Assembly: GCA_964584785.1 (NCBI GenBank)
Contig: CAZPBY010000045.1
Coordinates: forward strand, 2,024-66,023
DNA from: an uncultured Solibacteraceae bacterium
GTDB taxonomy: Bacteria; Acidobacteriota; Terriglobia; 20CM-2-55-15
DNA: 64,000 nucleotides
Direction of reading: 5' to 3'
The translations under genes were made by a program, and so were the position numbers. The notes under the pieces are model-generated. The model was given only the letters and a program-made list of their open reading frames with translations. It was not told the DNA's origin and ran no database searches. Positions 15,917 through 25,800 of this stretch are shown here, in pieces (the first letter of the stretch is position 1; every line of letters starts with the position of its first letter).

Positions 15917-18900
15917 ATGCTCCGTCCGAATTCTCGTTCTTTGAAACGTATTCAAGTTGTGTTCGCATTTCTCGCCACGGCGACAATTCTTTGGATTGTC
16001 GGCGACGCGATCGCTCAGCAGGCACCGCAGGCCGGCCGTAATGTCAATATGGTCTCCGGAACGGAATTGCCTGACGGCGATCCGTTCCGCCAGCGGCAGG
16101 ACGAACCTTCCATGGCGATCTCAACCCGAAACATCCAACACCATGTGGCCGGGGCGAATGACTATCGCACCGTGGATCTGCCTGGCGTGGTTGATGCCGC
16201 CGTCCATCGTGATTCGTGGCTGGGGATATTCAAATCGCTCGACGGTGGGAATACGTGGAAAAGTACGCTGATCCCCGGCTATCCGCAAGATACCTCACCC
16301 GAAGGGATGGCATCTCCGCTCAAAGGCTTTCAGGCCGGCTCTGACCCCGGTGTGAGAGCCGCCGCGGGCGGATTGTTCTACTACCTCGGAATAGTTTTCA
16401 ACCGCACGGAAGACAAGCAGGGTGTGCTCTTTGTTTCACGTCTGGTCGACAACAATAATAAGGAAGCCGGCGATCCCATCGTGTACGTGGACACAAACCT
16501 CGTACACAAAGGCAATAAGAAGCATTTCCTGGATAAGCCATGGATGGCGGTGGATGTTCCCCGTCAAAAGCGAGACGCGTGTTCGATCCGGGTGCCGGAT
16601 GGAAAGGGAGGTTTCTCGACACAAACTTTTCCGGGCGGAAATATCTACGTCTCGTACGCAGACATCGACGATAACGATCCGGATCCGGACGCGACGCGAT
16701 TGATGTTCACCCGTTCCACGAACTGCGGTGTCTCATGGGAAGGCCCGGTCCGGCTCAGCGATCCTCACACAGTCAATCAAGGTTCGGTGATCGCGATCGA
16801 CCCGAATACCGGAGCTGTTTACGTGTCGTGGCGCCAGATATTTATTTCGACCGCTTCGAAGCCCGCGCCGGACGCGATCATGATCGCAAGGTCGGTCAAC
16901 GGGGGAATTGCGTTTTCGAGGCCGGTAACGGTTTCCAAAATCGCTCCCTTTGATCTTCCCACACTGCCGGCGCCGGCGGACTGCACCGGCAATTCGTGCT
17001 ATCGGCGATTTCGAACAGACACGTTTCCGGCGCTTACCGTTGATGCCGGTGCGGATGCGAACCGTCCGGGCCGTGTGTATGTGGCGTGGTCGGAGCGTGG
17101 CCGGGGTCCACTTTTTGACGCTCGAATCGTCGTGGCGGTTTCTCAGGACGACGCAACCACGTTTTCTGCTCCGATCGCTGCCGATAATGTCGGAAAGCCG
17201 GGACATCAGATGATGCCGTCCATGATTTTTGCAGCCGGCAAGCTGATGCTGCTTTACTACGATTCCCGCGAAGATATGCGGCCGGTTCCTCTGGAATACC
17301 TCGCCGATCCCGCCGATCCGAACTTGCGTCTCTGGCATACCGTCGATGTGCGGGCGGCGATGGCCGATCCTTCGAACACGCCCGTGTTTGTTTCGTCGCA
17401 AATCTCCCGCTACCTGTACCTGCTCGACTCCAAGGGCAAACCGCGGCAGGCGCAGGCCAATCCCGTGAACTATCCCATGTTCAATCAGGGACGGGTTCCA
17501 TTCATTGGCGACTACATCGATGTAACCGCACCGCTCATGATCCAGGATCAGAGCGGGCAGTGGAAATTCAATACGCAGCCGACCAGCTCACCGGTGTTCC
17601 ATTCCACCTGGACGGACAATCGGGATGTCATCCCGCCGCCGAAACCGCAGAACTGGACCAAATACGCGCCCGCCGGATCACTGGGCGGAACGCAAAGTTT
17701 TTTCGATCCCAGCAAAACAATCGATGCCTGCGTCGCCGGAAACGCCGCCATGCGGAACCAGAACATCTATTCCGCACGGATCACGCAGGGCCTCGTCGTC
17801 AGTTCACCAGGCAACGCCAAGCCTCTTGGGAAGATTCAGCGCGCCTTCGTCGTTTACGTCGAGAACACGACCAACAAGACGCGCTTCTACCGGCTTGCGA
17901 TCAACGGACAGCCGGTTGGAGGACGCGCGTCTTTCCTGCAATTTGAACAACGCAATTTCCTGGACGTCACGGTGGCTCCGCGCTCGAGCATTTCGCGAGT
18001 CGTCTTTATGACGTCGACCAATCCTCACGCGAGTGTGCAAGTGGATGTCACGGAGATTGGCTCGATCGGCGGATCGCCGGTGGCCGGAGGCAATCAATCC
18101 GCCGTTGTTTTGAATCCGGATATTTTGAATCCCGACATCCTGAATCCGGACATCCTCAATCCGGATATTCTCAACCCCGACATTCTTAATGTTGAAGTGT
18201 CGAATCCCGACATCACGAATGCCGCGCTTCGACCGGACATCCTGAACCCGGACATTCTGAATCCCGACATCCTGAATCCGGACATTCTGAACCCGGACAT
18301 TTTGAATCCCGATATTCTGAATCCGGACATCCTGAACCCGGACATTTTGAATCCGGATATTCTGAATCCAGACATCCTGAACCCGGACATTCTGAATCCC
18401 GACATCCTGAATCCGGACATTCTGAATACGGATCCCGAGGTTGTGAACGCGGACAAATCGAAGCTTCAGATCAACGATTTGTTCTGGAATGTCACCAACA
18501 AGGGCAACACGACGTCTGTGTTCACGTTCAAGATGACGTTCCCGTCGAGGCCTCGCGGTTTCAAGTTTCAATTGCTGATCTACCGCACTTCTGCGACTCC
18601 GGCCGTCAGCGGCTGCGCTCCGATCCAGCAATCGCACGAACAACTGGTTGCGAACATCGTTAACCCGGACATTCTGAATCCGGACATCCTGAATCCCGAC
18701 ATTCTCAATTCGGACGTCCGCAATTCTTCGCTGTTCGTTGCTCCCGGCGACAGCATCCGGGTTCAGCTGCGTGTTTTCGATCTCGACAAGTTTGACGCGA
18801 ACGTCATTCAGATCAAGCCCTCAAAGTCTTCGACGACCAACGCCGCCAAAACCCTGATGGCATTTGCGGCGGAATCTCTGGATCTCGGCATATTCGAGGA

Positions 18901-21900
18901 TGTCCAGATCGGTGGACAACCGCTGACCGCGTCGGTCGTGAGTCAGGCGGTCGATACCGATAAGGCGCAGGCGGGAATCACGCAGCCGACGTCTGTTACG
19001 ACGCGGTTGACGGTGACCACAACGGTTCTTCCCTCCGGTCGAATTGGTGAATCATTTTCGAACCAACTGGTGGCCAGCGGCGGCACCGATCCATTGACGT
19101 GGGGTCTGGCCCCCGGTTCAACGCTTCCAGCGAACCTGACACTATCGCCGACTGGACTGCTGAGTGGAACGCCGGCGGCAACAGGTACATTCACCTTCAC
19201 GGTGATCGTGACCGATAGTGCGGGCCAGGCGGCGACGAGAGATCTCACTTTTGCGGCTTCACCACCACTGGGAACCCCGTCGCTGGTGTTCGTCACGCAA
19301 CCTGCGACTTGTGCCAACCCGGATCCCAACTGCGTGCGCCAAAACGCACCGATGACCCCTCCTGTCTCAGTGCGGGCGCTGGATGCGTCAGGCGCACCAA
19401 TTCCGGGTCTCGCGATCTCGCTGGCCATCGGCCTCAATGGCGGCGGTGGTGTCCTGGCCGGAGCGACGACGGCCACGACCAACCTTAACGGTATTGCCGG
19501 CTTCGGCGGTCTCACGATCAGCCAGCCCGGGACGTACACGCTCGTCGCCTCCGCGACGGGTTTCTCGCCGGTCACCACCAGTGTGTTCAATGTACTTCCC
19601 AGCGTGACGATCACGACGGTGTCCTTGCCCGATGGGATCCGCGGTGTTGTCTACGACACGACTGTCGCTTCAGTAGGAGGCGTCGGCGCGAAGACGTGGA
19701 CGATCACTACAGGCGCGCTCGCTTCGGGTCTGTTATTGGATTCGAACACTGGAAGGATTTCCGGACCTCCTGCAAGCTCCGGCACTTCGAACTTCACGCT
19801 ACAGGTTGCGGATGCCGGACAACCGCAACAGAGCAACAGCCGTTCGTTGTCGATTCGCGTTGCAGAGCCGCTGCTCATCCTGACTGCGGCCAGTTTGCCT
19901 GACGCAACGGCGAACACGAGCTACTCGCAGCAGCTTTCGAGTAGCGGTGGAATCCCATTCGTGACGTGGAGCGTGGCGATCGAGTCCAGTCTGCCCGCGG
20001 GACTGACGTTGACGGCCGGCGGCCTTCTTGCCGGCACTCCAACCACCGCAGGGGACTATGCATTTACGATCGTCGCCAACGATGCCAGTAACCCCGCGCA
20101 AATTGTTTCAAGGAATTTCAGTTTGCATGTTGCGGCATCGGGTCTGTCGCTGACATCACTGGATGTGAGCTCCGCGGCGCAAGGAGCAACGAAGAATGTG
20201 ACGCTGACCGGCACGGGCTTCTTAGCCGGCGCAACGAACGTTTTCTTCGGCGGCGGTGGTGTTCAGGTCTTATCGTCGGCCGTCAACTCGCCGACGAGCC
20301 TTACCGCAACAGTCGTCCTGGCCGACGCGCCGGCAACGCGCAGCGTGTTTGTCACAACGATCGGCGGTACGAGTAACACGTTGCCGTTCGTGATCACACC
20401 GAATACGTTATCCGCCGCTGGGGCTTCGGATGTGACACACCTCGCCGGCTCGACCGGCGGTCCGGGTTCAAGCAACGGCGCCGCAGGCTCCACAAAGTTC
20501 CGGCAGCCGTACGGAATCTTCGGCGCCGGCGCAAACCTTTACGTCACGGACTTCCTGAATCACACCATTCGTGGTGTGAGCCTTTCCAATGGCTCTTCGA
20601 CCACACTGGCTGGATCTGCCCTGAGTCCGGGTTCCGCGGACGGCACCGGGCCCGCTGCAAAGTTCTTCCATCCCGTCGGAGTGTGGTCCGACGGGACGAT
20701 CCTGTGGATTGCCGACAGTGACAACTCGCTGATCCGGAGAATGGTTTTGTCGACTGGTGTCGTCACCACGATCGCCGGATCGACCAGCGGCTTTGCCGAC
20801 GGTACCGGCACGGCAGCGCAGTTTAATTCTCCACGCAACATCTGGAGCGATGGCACGGATCTGTTTATTGCGGACACCGGAAACCATGTGATTCGCCGTA
20901 TGAATCTCGATTCGAAAGTCGTTACGACGATTGCCGGCAGTCCAGGCGTTAGCGGATCGACTGACGGAGTCGGAAGTGGCGCAAGTTTCAACAGCCCGAG
21001 TGGAGTGTGGGGAGATAGTGCGGGGAATCTCTACGTCGCGGACACCGGAAACAACTCCATCCGGTTGATCGTCATCTCATCTGGAACCGTGACAACGATT
21101 GCCGGCTCCACGCTGGGAGTTCCCGGAAGCGCCAACGGAACCGGCACGTCCGCCAGGTTCAACGGCCCGACCGGCATTGGAGGCAACGGCATCTTCCTGT
21201 TCATCGCGGATACCAACAATCACCTCGTGCGCGTCATCACGATCGACGGCCTCAATGTCGGCACGCTGGCCGGGAATCCTGGAGTGTCGGGTGATGCGGA
21301 CGGCGTGGGAGGTTTGGCCAGGTTCAATCTCCCGCTCGGCGTGTGGTTCGATGGAGACGCGAGTCTTTACGTGACGGATGGATTCAACCATGCCATTCGA
21401 AGCGTGAACGTTTTCACCGGCGCAGTCACCACATTCTCCGGTCAGCCGCCGCGAAGTGGAATTACTGACGCTTCGGCCGATGCGGCGCGATTCTTCGGTC
21501 CATCAGATGCCTGGGGCGATGGCGTCGGTAACTTGTATGTAACGGATCGTTTCAATCATTTGATCCGGAAGGTCGTGATCGCTACAGGCCAGGCGACGAC
21601 AATCGCAGGTCAGGCGGGAGTGTGCGGCACCGCGAACGGCATCGGCGCAGCCGCTCAGTTCTGCGATCCCGTCGGCATCTGGGGTGACGGTGTGAGCCTG
21701 TACGTCGCAAGCGGTGCGTCGCGAACCATTCGCAAGATTGTCATCGCGACAAGTCAGGTGACCACGATCGCAGGAACCGCATTCGCCGGCGGCTCCACGG
21801 ATGGCGTCGGAGCCGCGGCTCGTTTCAATCTGCCCAACGGAATCTGGGGCGACGGAAGCTCTCTGTACATTACGGACTTCACGAGCAACACCATTCGTAA

Positions 21901-22849
21901 GCTCGTGTTGAGCACAGGTCAGGTCACAACACCATTTGGCCTGGCCGGCGCTGCCGGAAGCACGGACGCTGTTGGTACTGCCGCCCGGTTCAACCGTCCC
22001 TCAAAAATATGGGGCAACGGCTCAACGCTCTTCGTCACCGATACAAACAACAACAAGGTTCGAAAGATTGTCCTCTCGACCGGACAGGTTTCGACGTTTG
22101 CGGGCAGCGGCTCATGCGGTTCCGCGAACGGAGTAGGGACGGCCGCGCAGTTCTGCGGCCCGACCGGGATCTGGGGCGATGGTTCCAAGCTGTATGTCAT
22201 CAGCTCGGGCGAAGTGCGTCAGATCTCGATGACAACTTCTGTGGTGACGACACTGGCCGGATTGTTCTCCGTTCCGGGATCCGACGACGCGAACGGTCCT
22301 TCGCCGATTTTCCAGGCTCCTGAAGGTTTGTGGGGAGACGGCAACCGGCTCTACATCGCCGACGTGAGGAATAACGCGATTCGCACTCTCTCGCCCGCAA
22401 TGGGCCCGGAGGCCGGCACCGTGGTCTACAACTTCAACGCGCCGCAGTTCGCGCCGGCGCAGATCACGCCGTTTACCGGCATTTCACCCAATATTGGAAG
22501 CCCCAATTTCCTGGCGGACTTCACTGCAAACACGTCGTTGTACGCGATCACCAGCAGTCCGCCGTGGGCTCTGTTCAGCGGACAGCATCTCAAGAGCCAG
22601 TGCTTTTGCTCGCAATCTCTGACGATCAACTTCAACACCCCCGTGTACGCGGCGAGTGTGAACTTCGCAAGCATCGGGGTCGGGTTCACATTGACGATCA
22701 CCACTGCGGTTGGCAGCGCCAGCGGGATCAGCGGCGTTTCCGGAGGAACCGTGTTTTTCTCAAGTGCGACGCCCTTCACCTCGATTCAACTGGGGACGGG
22801 CGTCTTCGCCATCGACAACCTGGTGCTGAGCACCGTTCCACGGCCGTAG
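15917..22849 (+). CDS. Giant secreted protein (~2310 aa): Asp-box/sialidase-like propeller, NPDIL repeats, putative-Ig and IPT-like domains, NHL-repeat propeller(s)
   Basis: SD-like GAGGG before ATG 15917; signal peptide; Asp-boxes (SLDGGNTW, STNCGVSW, SVNGGIAF); He_PIG-type units (LPAGLTLTAGGLLAGTPT); many NHL units (FNSPSGVWGDSAGNLYVADTGNNSIR). Confidence 0.85.
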   Translation: MLRPNSRSLKRIQVVFAFLATATILWIVGDAIAQQAPQAGRNVNMVSGTELPDGDPFRQRQDEPSMAISTRNIQHHVAGANDYRTVDLPGVVDAAVHRDSWLGIFKSLDGGNTWKSTLIPGYPQDTSPEGMASPLKGFQAGSDPGVRAAAGGLFYYLGIVFNRTEDKQGVLFVSRLVDNNNKEAGDPIVYVDTNLVHKGNKKHFLDKPWMAVDVPRQKRDACSIRVPDGKGGFSTQTFPGGNIYVSYADIDDNDPDPDATRLMFTRSTNCGVSWEGPVRLSDPHTVNQGSVIAIDPNTGAVYVSWRQIFISTASKPAPDAIMIARSVNGGIAFSRPVTVSKIAPFDLPTLPAPADCTGNSCYRRFRTDTFPALTVDAGADANRPGRVYVAWSERGRGPLFDARIVVAVSQDDATTFSAPIAADNVGKPGHQMMPSMIFAAGKLMLLYYDSREDMRPVPLEYLADPADPNLRLWHTVDVRAAMADPSNTPVFVSSQISRYLYLLDSKGKPRQAQANPVNYPMFNQGRVPFIGDYIDVTAPLMIQDQSGQWKFNTQPTSSPVFHSTWTDNRDVIPPPKPQNWTKYAPAGSLGGTQSFFDPSKTIDACVAGNAAMRNQNIYSARITQGLVVSSPGNAKPLGKIQRAFVVYVENTTNKTRFYRLAINGQPVGGRASFLQFEQRNFLDVTVAPRSSISRVVFMTSTNPHASVQVDVTEIGSIGGSPVAGGNQSAVVLNPDILNPDILNPDILNPDILNPDILNVEVSNPDITNAALRPDILNPDILNPDILNPDILNPDILNPDILNPDILNPDILNPDILNPDILNPDILNPDILNPDILNTDPEVVNADKSKLQINDLFWNVTNKGNTTSVFTFKMTFPSRPRGFKFQLLIYRTSATPAVSGCAPIQQSHEQLVANIVNPDILNPDILNPDILNSDVRNSSLFVAPGDSIRVQLRVFDLDKFDANVIQIKPSKSSTTNAAKTLMAFAAESLDLGIFEDVQIGGQPLTASVVSQAVDTDKAQAGITQPTSVTTRLTVTTTVLPSGRIGESFSNQLVASGGTDPLTWGLAPGSTLPANLTLSPTGLLSGTPAATGTFTFTVIVTDSAGQAATRDLTFAASPPLGTPSLVFVTQPATCANPDPNCVRQNAPMTPPVSVRALDASGAPIPGLAISLAIGLNGGGGVLAGATTATTNLNGIAGFGGLTISQPGTYTLVASATGFSPVTTSVFNVLPSVTITTVSLPDGIRGVVYDTTVASVGGVGAKTWTITTGALASGLLLDSNTGRISGPPASSGTSNFTLQVADAGQPQQSNSRSLSIRVAEPLLILTAASLPDATANTSYSQQLSSSGGIPFVTWSVAIESSLPAGLTLTAGGLLAGTPTTAGDYAFTIVANDASNPAQIVSRNFSLHVAASGLSLTSLDVSSAAQGATKNVTLTGTGFLAGATNVFFGGGGVQVLSSAVNSPTSLTATVVLADAPATRSVFVTTIGGTSNTLPFVITPNTLSAAGASDVTHLAGSTGGPGSSNGAAGSTKFRQPYGIFGAGANLYVTDFLNHTIRGVSLSNGSSTTLAGSALSPGSADGTGPAAKFFHPVGVWSDGTILWIADSDNSLIRRMVLSTGVVTTIAGSTSGFADGTGTAAQFNSPRNIWSDGTDLFIADTGNHVIRRMNLDSKVVTTIAGSPGVSGSTDGVGSGASFNSPSGVWGDSAGNLYVADTGNNSIRLIVISSGTVTTIAGSTLGVPGSANGTGTSARFNGPTGIGGNGIFLFIADTNNHLVRVITIDGLNVGTLAGNPGVSGDADGVGGLARFNLPLGVWFDGDASLYVTDGFNHAIRSVNVFTGAVTTFSGQPPRSGITDASADAARFFGPSDAWGDGVGNLYVTDRFNHLIRKVVIATGQATTIAGQAGVCGTANGIGAAAQFCDPVGIWGDGVSLYVASGASRTIRKIVIATSQVTTIAGTAFAGGSTDGVGAAARFNLPNGIWGDGSSLYITDFTSNTIRKLVLSTGQVTTPFGLAGAAGSTDAVGTAARFNRPSKIWGNGSTLFVTDTNNNKVRKIVLSTGQVSTFAGSGSCGSANGVGTAAQFCGPTGIWGDGSKLYVISSGEVRQISMTTSVVTTLAGLFSVPGSDDANGPSPIFQAPEGLWGDGNRLYIADVRNNAIRTLSPAMGPEAGTVVYNFNAPQFAPAQITPFTGISPNIGSPNFLADFTANTSLYAITSSPPWALFSGQHLKSQCFCSQSLTINFNTPVYAASVNFASIGVGFTLTITTAVGSASGISGVSGGTVFFSSATPFTSIQLGTGVFAIDNLVLSTVPRP
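18113..18706 (+). repeat. In-frame 15-bp tandem repeats encoding NPDIL/PDILN: 5 units (18113-18187), 13 units (18233-18427), 3 units (18662-18706)
   Basis: Counted from the DNA; the amino acids are identical but the codons vary synonymously. Confidence 0.95.
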
Positions 22850-22871
22850 TTTTGGAGTGAGACATTCTCCT

Positions 22872-25800
22872 ATGCGCGAATCACTGGTTAGTTGTGTTCG
22901 GTACGACGCTAAATGCGGCAAGTATTTATTCGCAGCGGTCGCTTTTCTGTTTTTGACTTGCAGTCCACTGCACGCCCAACTGAGTTTCAATAGCGGCAAC
23001 TTCGGCACGGTGGGTTTCAGTCAGAACGCCTTCTCGTTGACACCATCGGGAGGTACGGGAAATTACACTTTCTCGTATGCGCCCGGTGCCGCCACCATTC
23101 CGGGTTTTCGTGTAACGAACCGACCGAATGTGCCGAATTTCTTTTCGGCGGGTAGTACAGGCGGTCTCGTCGGAATCGCGGCGGTACCGGGAACTTACTC
23201 GACCACGATCCGTCTGACGGATAACGGCTCGGCTTTGTTTGTGGATAAAGCCGTCAGCTTTACGGTGACCACCGTGGATATTGCAGGTGGCCCCCAAAGC
23301 GGCTACGGAGTCGGTGACACGGTGAGCTTCCCATTCTGGGGTGTGGGCGGAACCGGTCTACCATACACGTTTTCTCTGGCGTCCGGCACATTGCCGCCGG
23401 GTTTGACATTGAATTCATCGACGACTGCCATCGATGGTCTGCTCAAACTCGAAGGTACGCTGACGACGGCCGGAACGTTCGGCTTCAATCTCAAAGTCAC
23501 CGATAGCGCAACGAACACACGCACTGTTGGTTACTTCATTACTGTTTCGCCTTTACGCCTCGTCCTGACGAACCACTTTTTGCCACCGATCAATGTGAAC
23601 CAGCTGTTTTCGCAGACACTGATAGCGTCGGGATGTTCAGGCACTTGCACTTTCTCGCTCGTGTCCGGTGACGCTCTCCCCGCCGGTCTGACCCTCAGTT
23701 CGGCAGGAGTGATCAGCGGGACTCCTACCGCGCTCACCTATGGAACGGCGTTTACAGTTGTCGTTACCGATGCGGCGAACAACACGATGAGTCGTCGTCT
23801 GTCGATGGCGGTGATACCGGACATACCTCAGCCTTTGGCGATATCGACCACATCGATTGGCGACACTGTGGTCGGATCCAATTTCTCGTGGGGCATCACT
23901 CCAAGAGGTGGTCTTCCGCCTTACAGTTTTTCGTTTGATTCACCATCCAGTTTGCCGCCCGGCAGTTTTATGTTCCCGACGGAAGGAACAGCCGCGGTGT
24001 CCTGGGACCCGAACTGGGGTATGTTTCGAGCCAGACCCTTAGTGACCGGTAATCGCGATTTTGTCATGAGGGTCACGGACAGTGCCGGAAACACGGCGAC
24101 TCGCCTTATTCCGTGGCGGGTGACGTCGATTGGTGCGTACTACAGCAACCAAAGCCTTCCAGTAGGTGGAACCGCAACACCAGTTTTGGGGAAACCTTAC
24201 GCACAGCCTCTCATTTTGCTCGGCGGCACACTTCCGTACACGGTCACGCCCGTAAACCTCGCAGGTCTGTCGGTTGATGCGGATGGCATGGTGTCGGGCA
24301 CTGCTGCCGAGGCCGGACGATTCTTGCCCTTCAGTTTTAACATCCAGGATTCTTCCATTCCGCCCAACAACTATTCCTGGAGCGGAAATATTACGGTCGA
24401 TGCGCCTTCAACGACCACGCTTGCCCTGACCGGCGGGGATTTCGGCGTTTTTCAAAAGGGCGTCCAGTCGACGATCACTTTGTTCGCGGGCGGATCGCCG
24501 GTGAATCCGCCGAATTTTGTGGTGACTATTCTTAGCGGCTCGTTGCCTCCCGGACTCCGATTACTGACCGTCGGTGATTTCAACAACGTGGGTGATATCA
24601 CGCGGGCCGCGCAAATCGCGGGCATTCCGACAACAACCGGCTCGTTTTCCGCACTCCTGAACGTTCAGGATGCAGCCGCCAACATTGGTCAGCGACAGCT
24701 GAAATTCCGTGTGAGCGATATCGGGTTTGTCACGACGGGTGTGGCTCCTGGCACGGTGGGCGTTCCCTACACTCAGACGTTCGAGGTGAGGGGCGGAACG
24801 ATGCCGTACACATTCACATCGAATGTAACTCTGCCAGGCGGTCTAAGCCTCAACGCCCTGACGGGGACGCTGAGCGGTACTCCGACGAGCTCAAACTCCA
24901 CTTCGTTTGGACTCGTCGTTACGGATGCGAACGGCGACAGCATTGTCCGCAACTACACGGTGAATATCTACGACATCCAAATTACGAATCCCAACCTGCT
25001 GCCGAACGCCATTTTCGGCGAATCGTATACCGTGAACTTCGCGGCATTGCCCGCTGGACCATATGCCTGGACAGCAACGGGGCTTCCGACAGGTCTCACG
25101 CTGGATCCTGTCACAGGCGTGCTCTCCGGAGCACCGATTGGTACTGGAACATTCACTGTGACTGTCACTGCCGGAACTTCAAGTCATGCGGTGAACAAAA
25201 CGTTCACACTCATCGTCGCCTCGCGCTCGATCAGTACGATTTTGACCGGTCTTCCCACGGCATCGCTTGGTGACTTCGTCGTAGGCGCCTTCGTCAACAC
25301 CATTCTTGGTATCGTCGGAGGTACGCCGCCATACACGATCTCTGTGGTGGCGGGGTCCGCACTTCCACCTGGACTGGCGCTTGCACCTTCGAACACAGCG
25401 TCGGGCACGGCTGGATTTGGCCGAACCGCAATTGTGGGAATTCCAACCACAAAGGGCAGTTACTCGTTTCAACTGAGGTATTCGGATTCGGCAGGCGTAA
25501 GCGTCGTTCGAACGGTGACCATGCGCGTCAGCGGACTTGCACTGGCCACAACCACGCCCGGTTTGGGTACGGTGAACGTTCCCTACACGACGCAGTTGTT
25601 CGGCAGCGGCGGCACCGGTTCTTACATGTTTGCGCTTGCGGACGGTCTGACCAACGTGCTGGCGCCCGGTCTCAGTTTGAGCGCGTCCGGCGTCATTTCC
25701 GGAACACCCACCGCGACGGGCACCTTCACCACGACCATTTTGCTGAGCGACGGTGTAGACACCCGACAGCAAAACATAACGATCACCATCAATGCGACCA

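Noticed and set aside
18113-18427. Tandem 15-bp DNA repeats as a CRISPR array or VNTR contingency locus
   Set aside because: There are no unique spacers and no cas genes. The units are in-frame codons with synonymous variation, and unit gain or loss would not shift the frame.
17804-18643. Antisense ORFs with IQNVR/MSGFR repeats
   Set aside because: They are mirror readings of the NPDIL repeat; the synonymous variation preserves only the + strand peptide.
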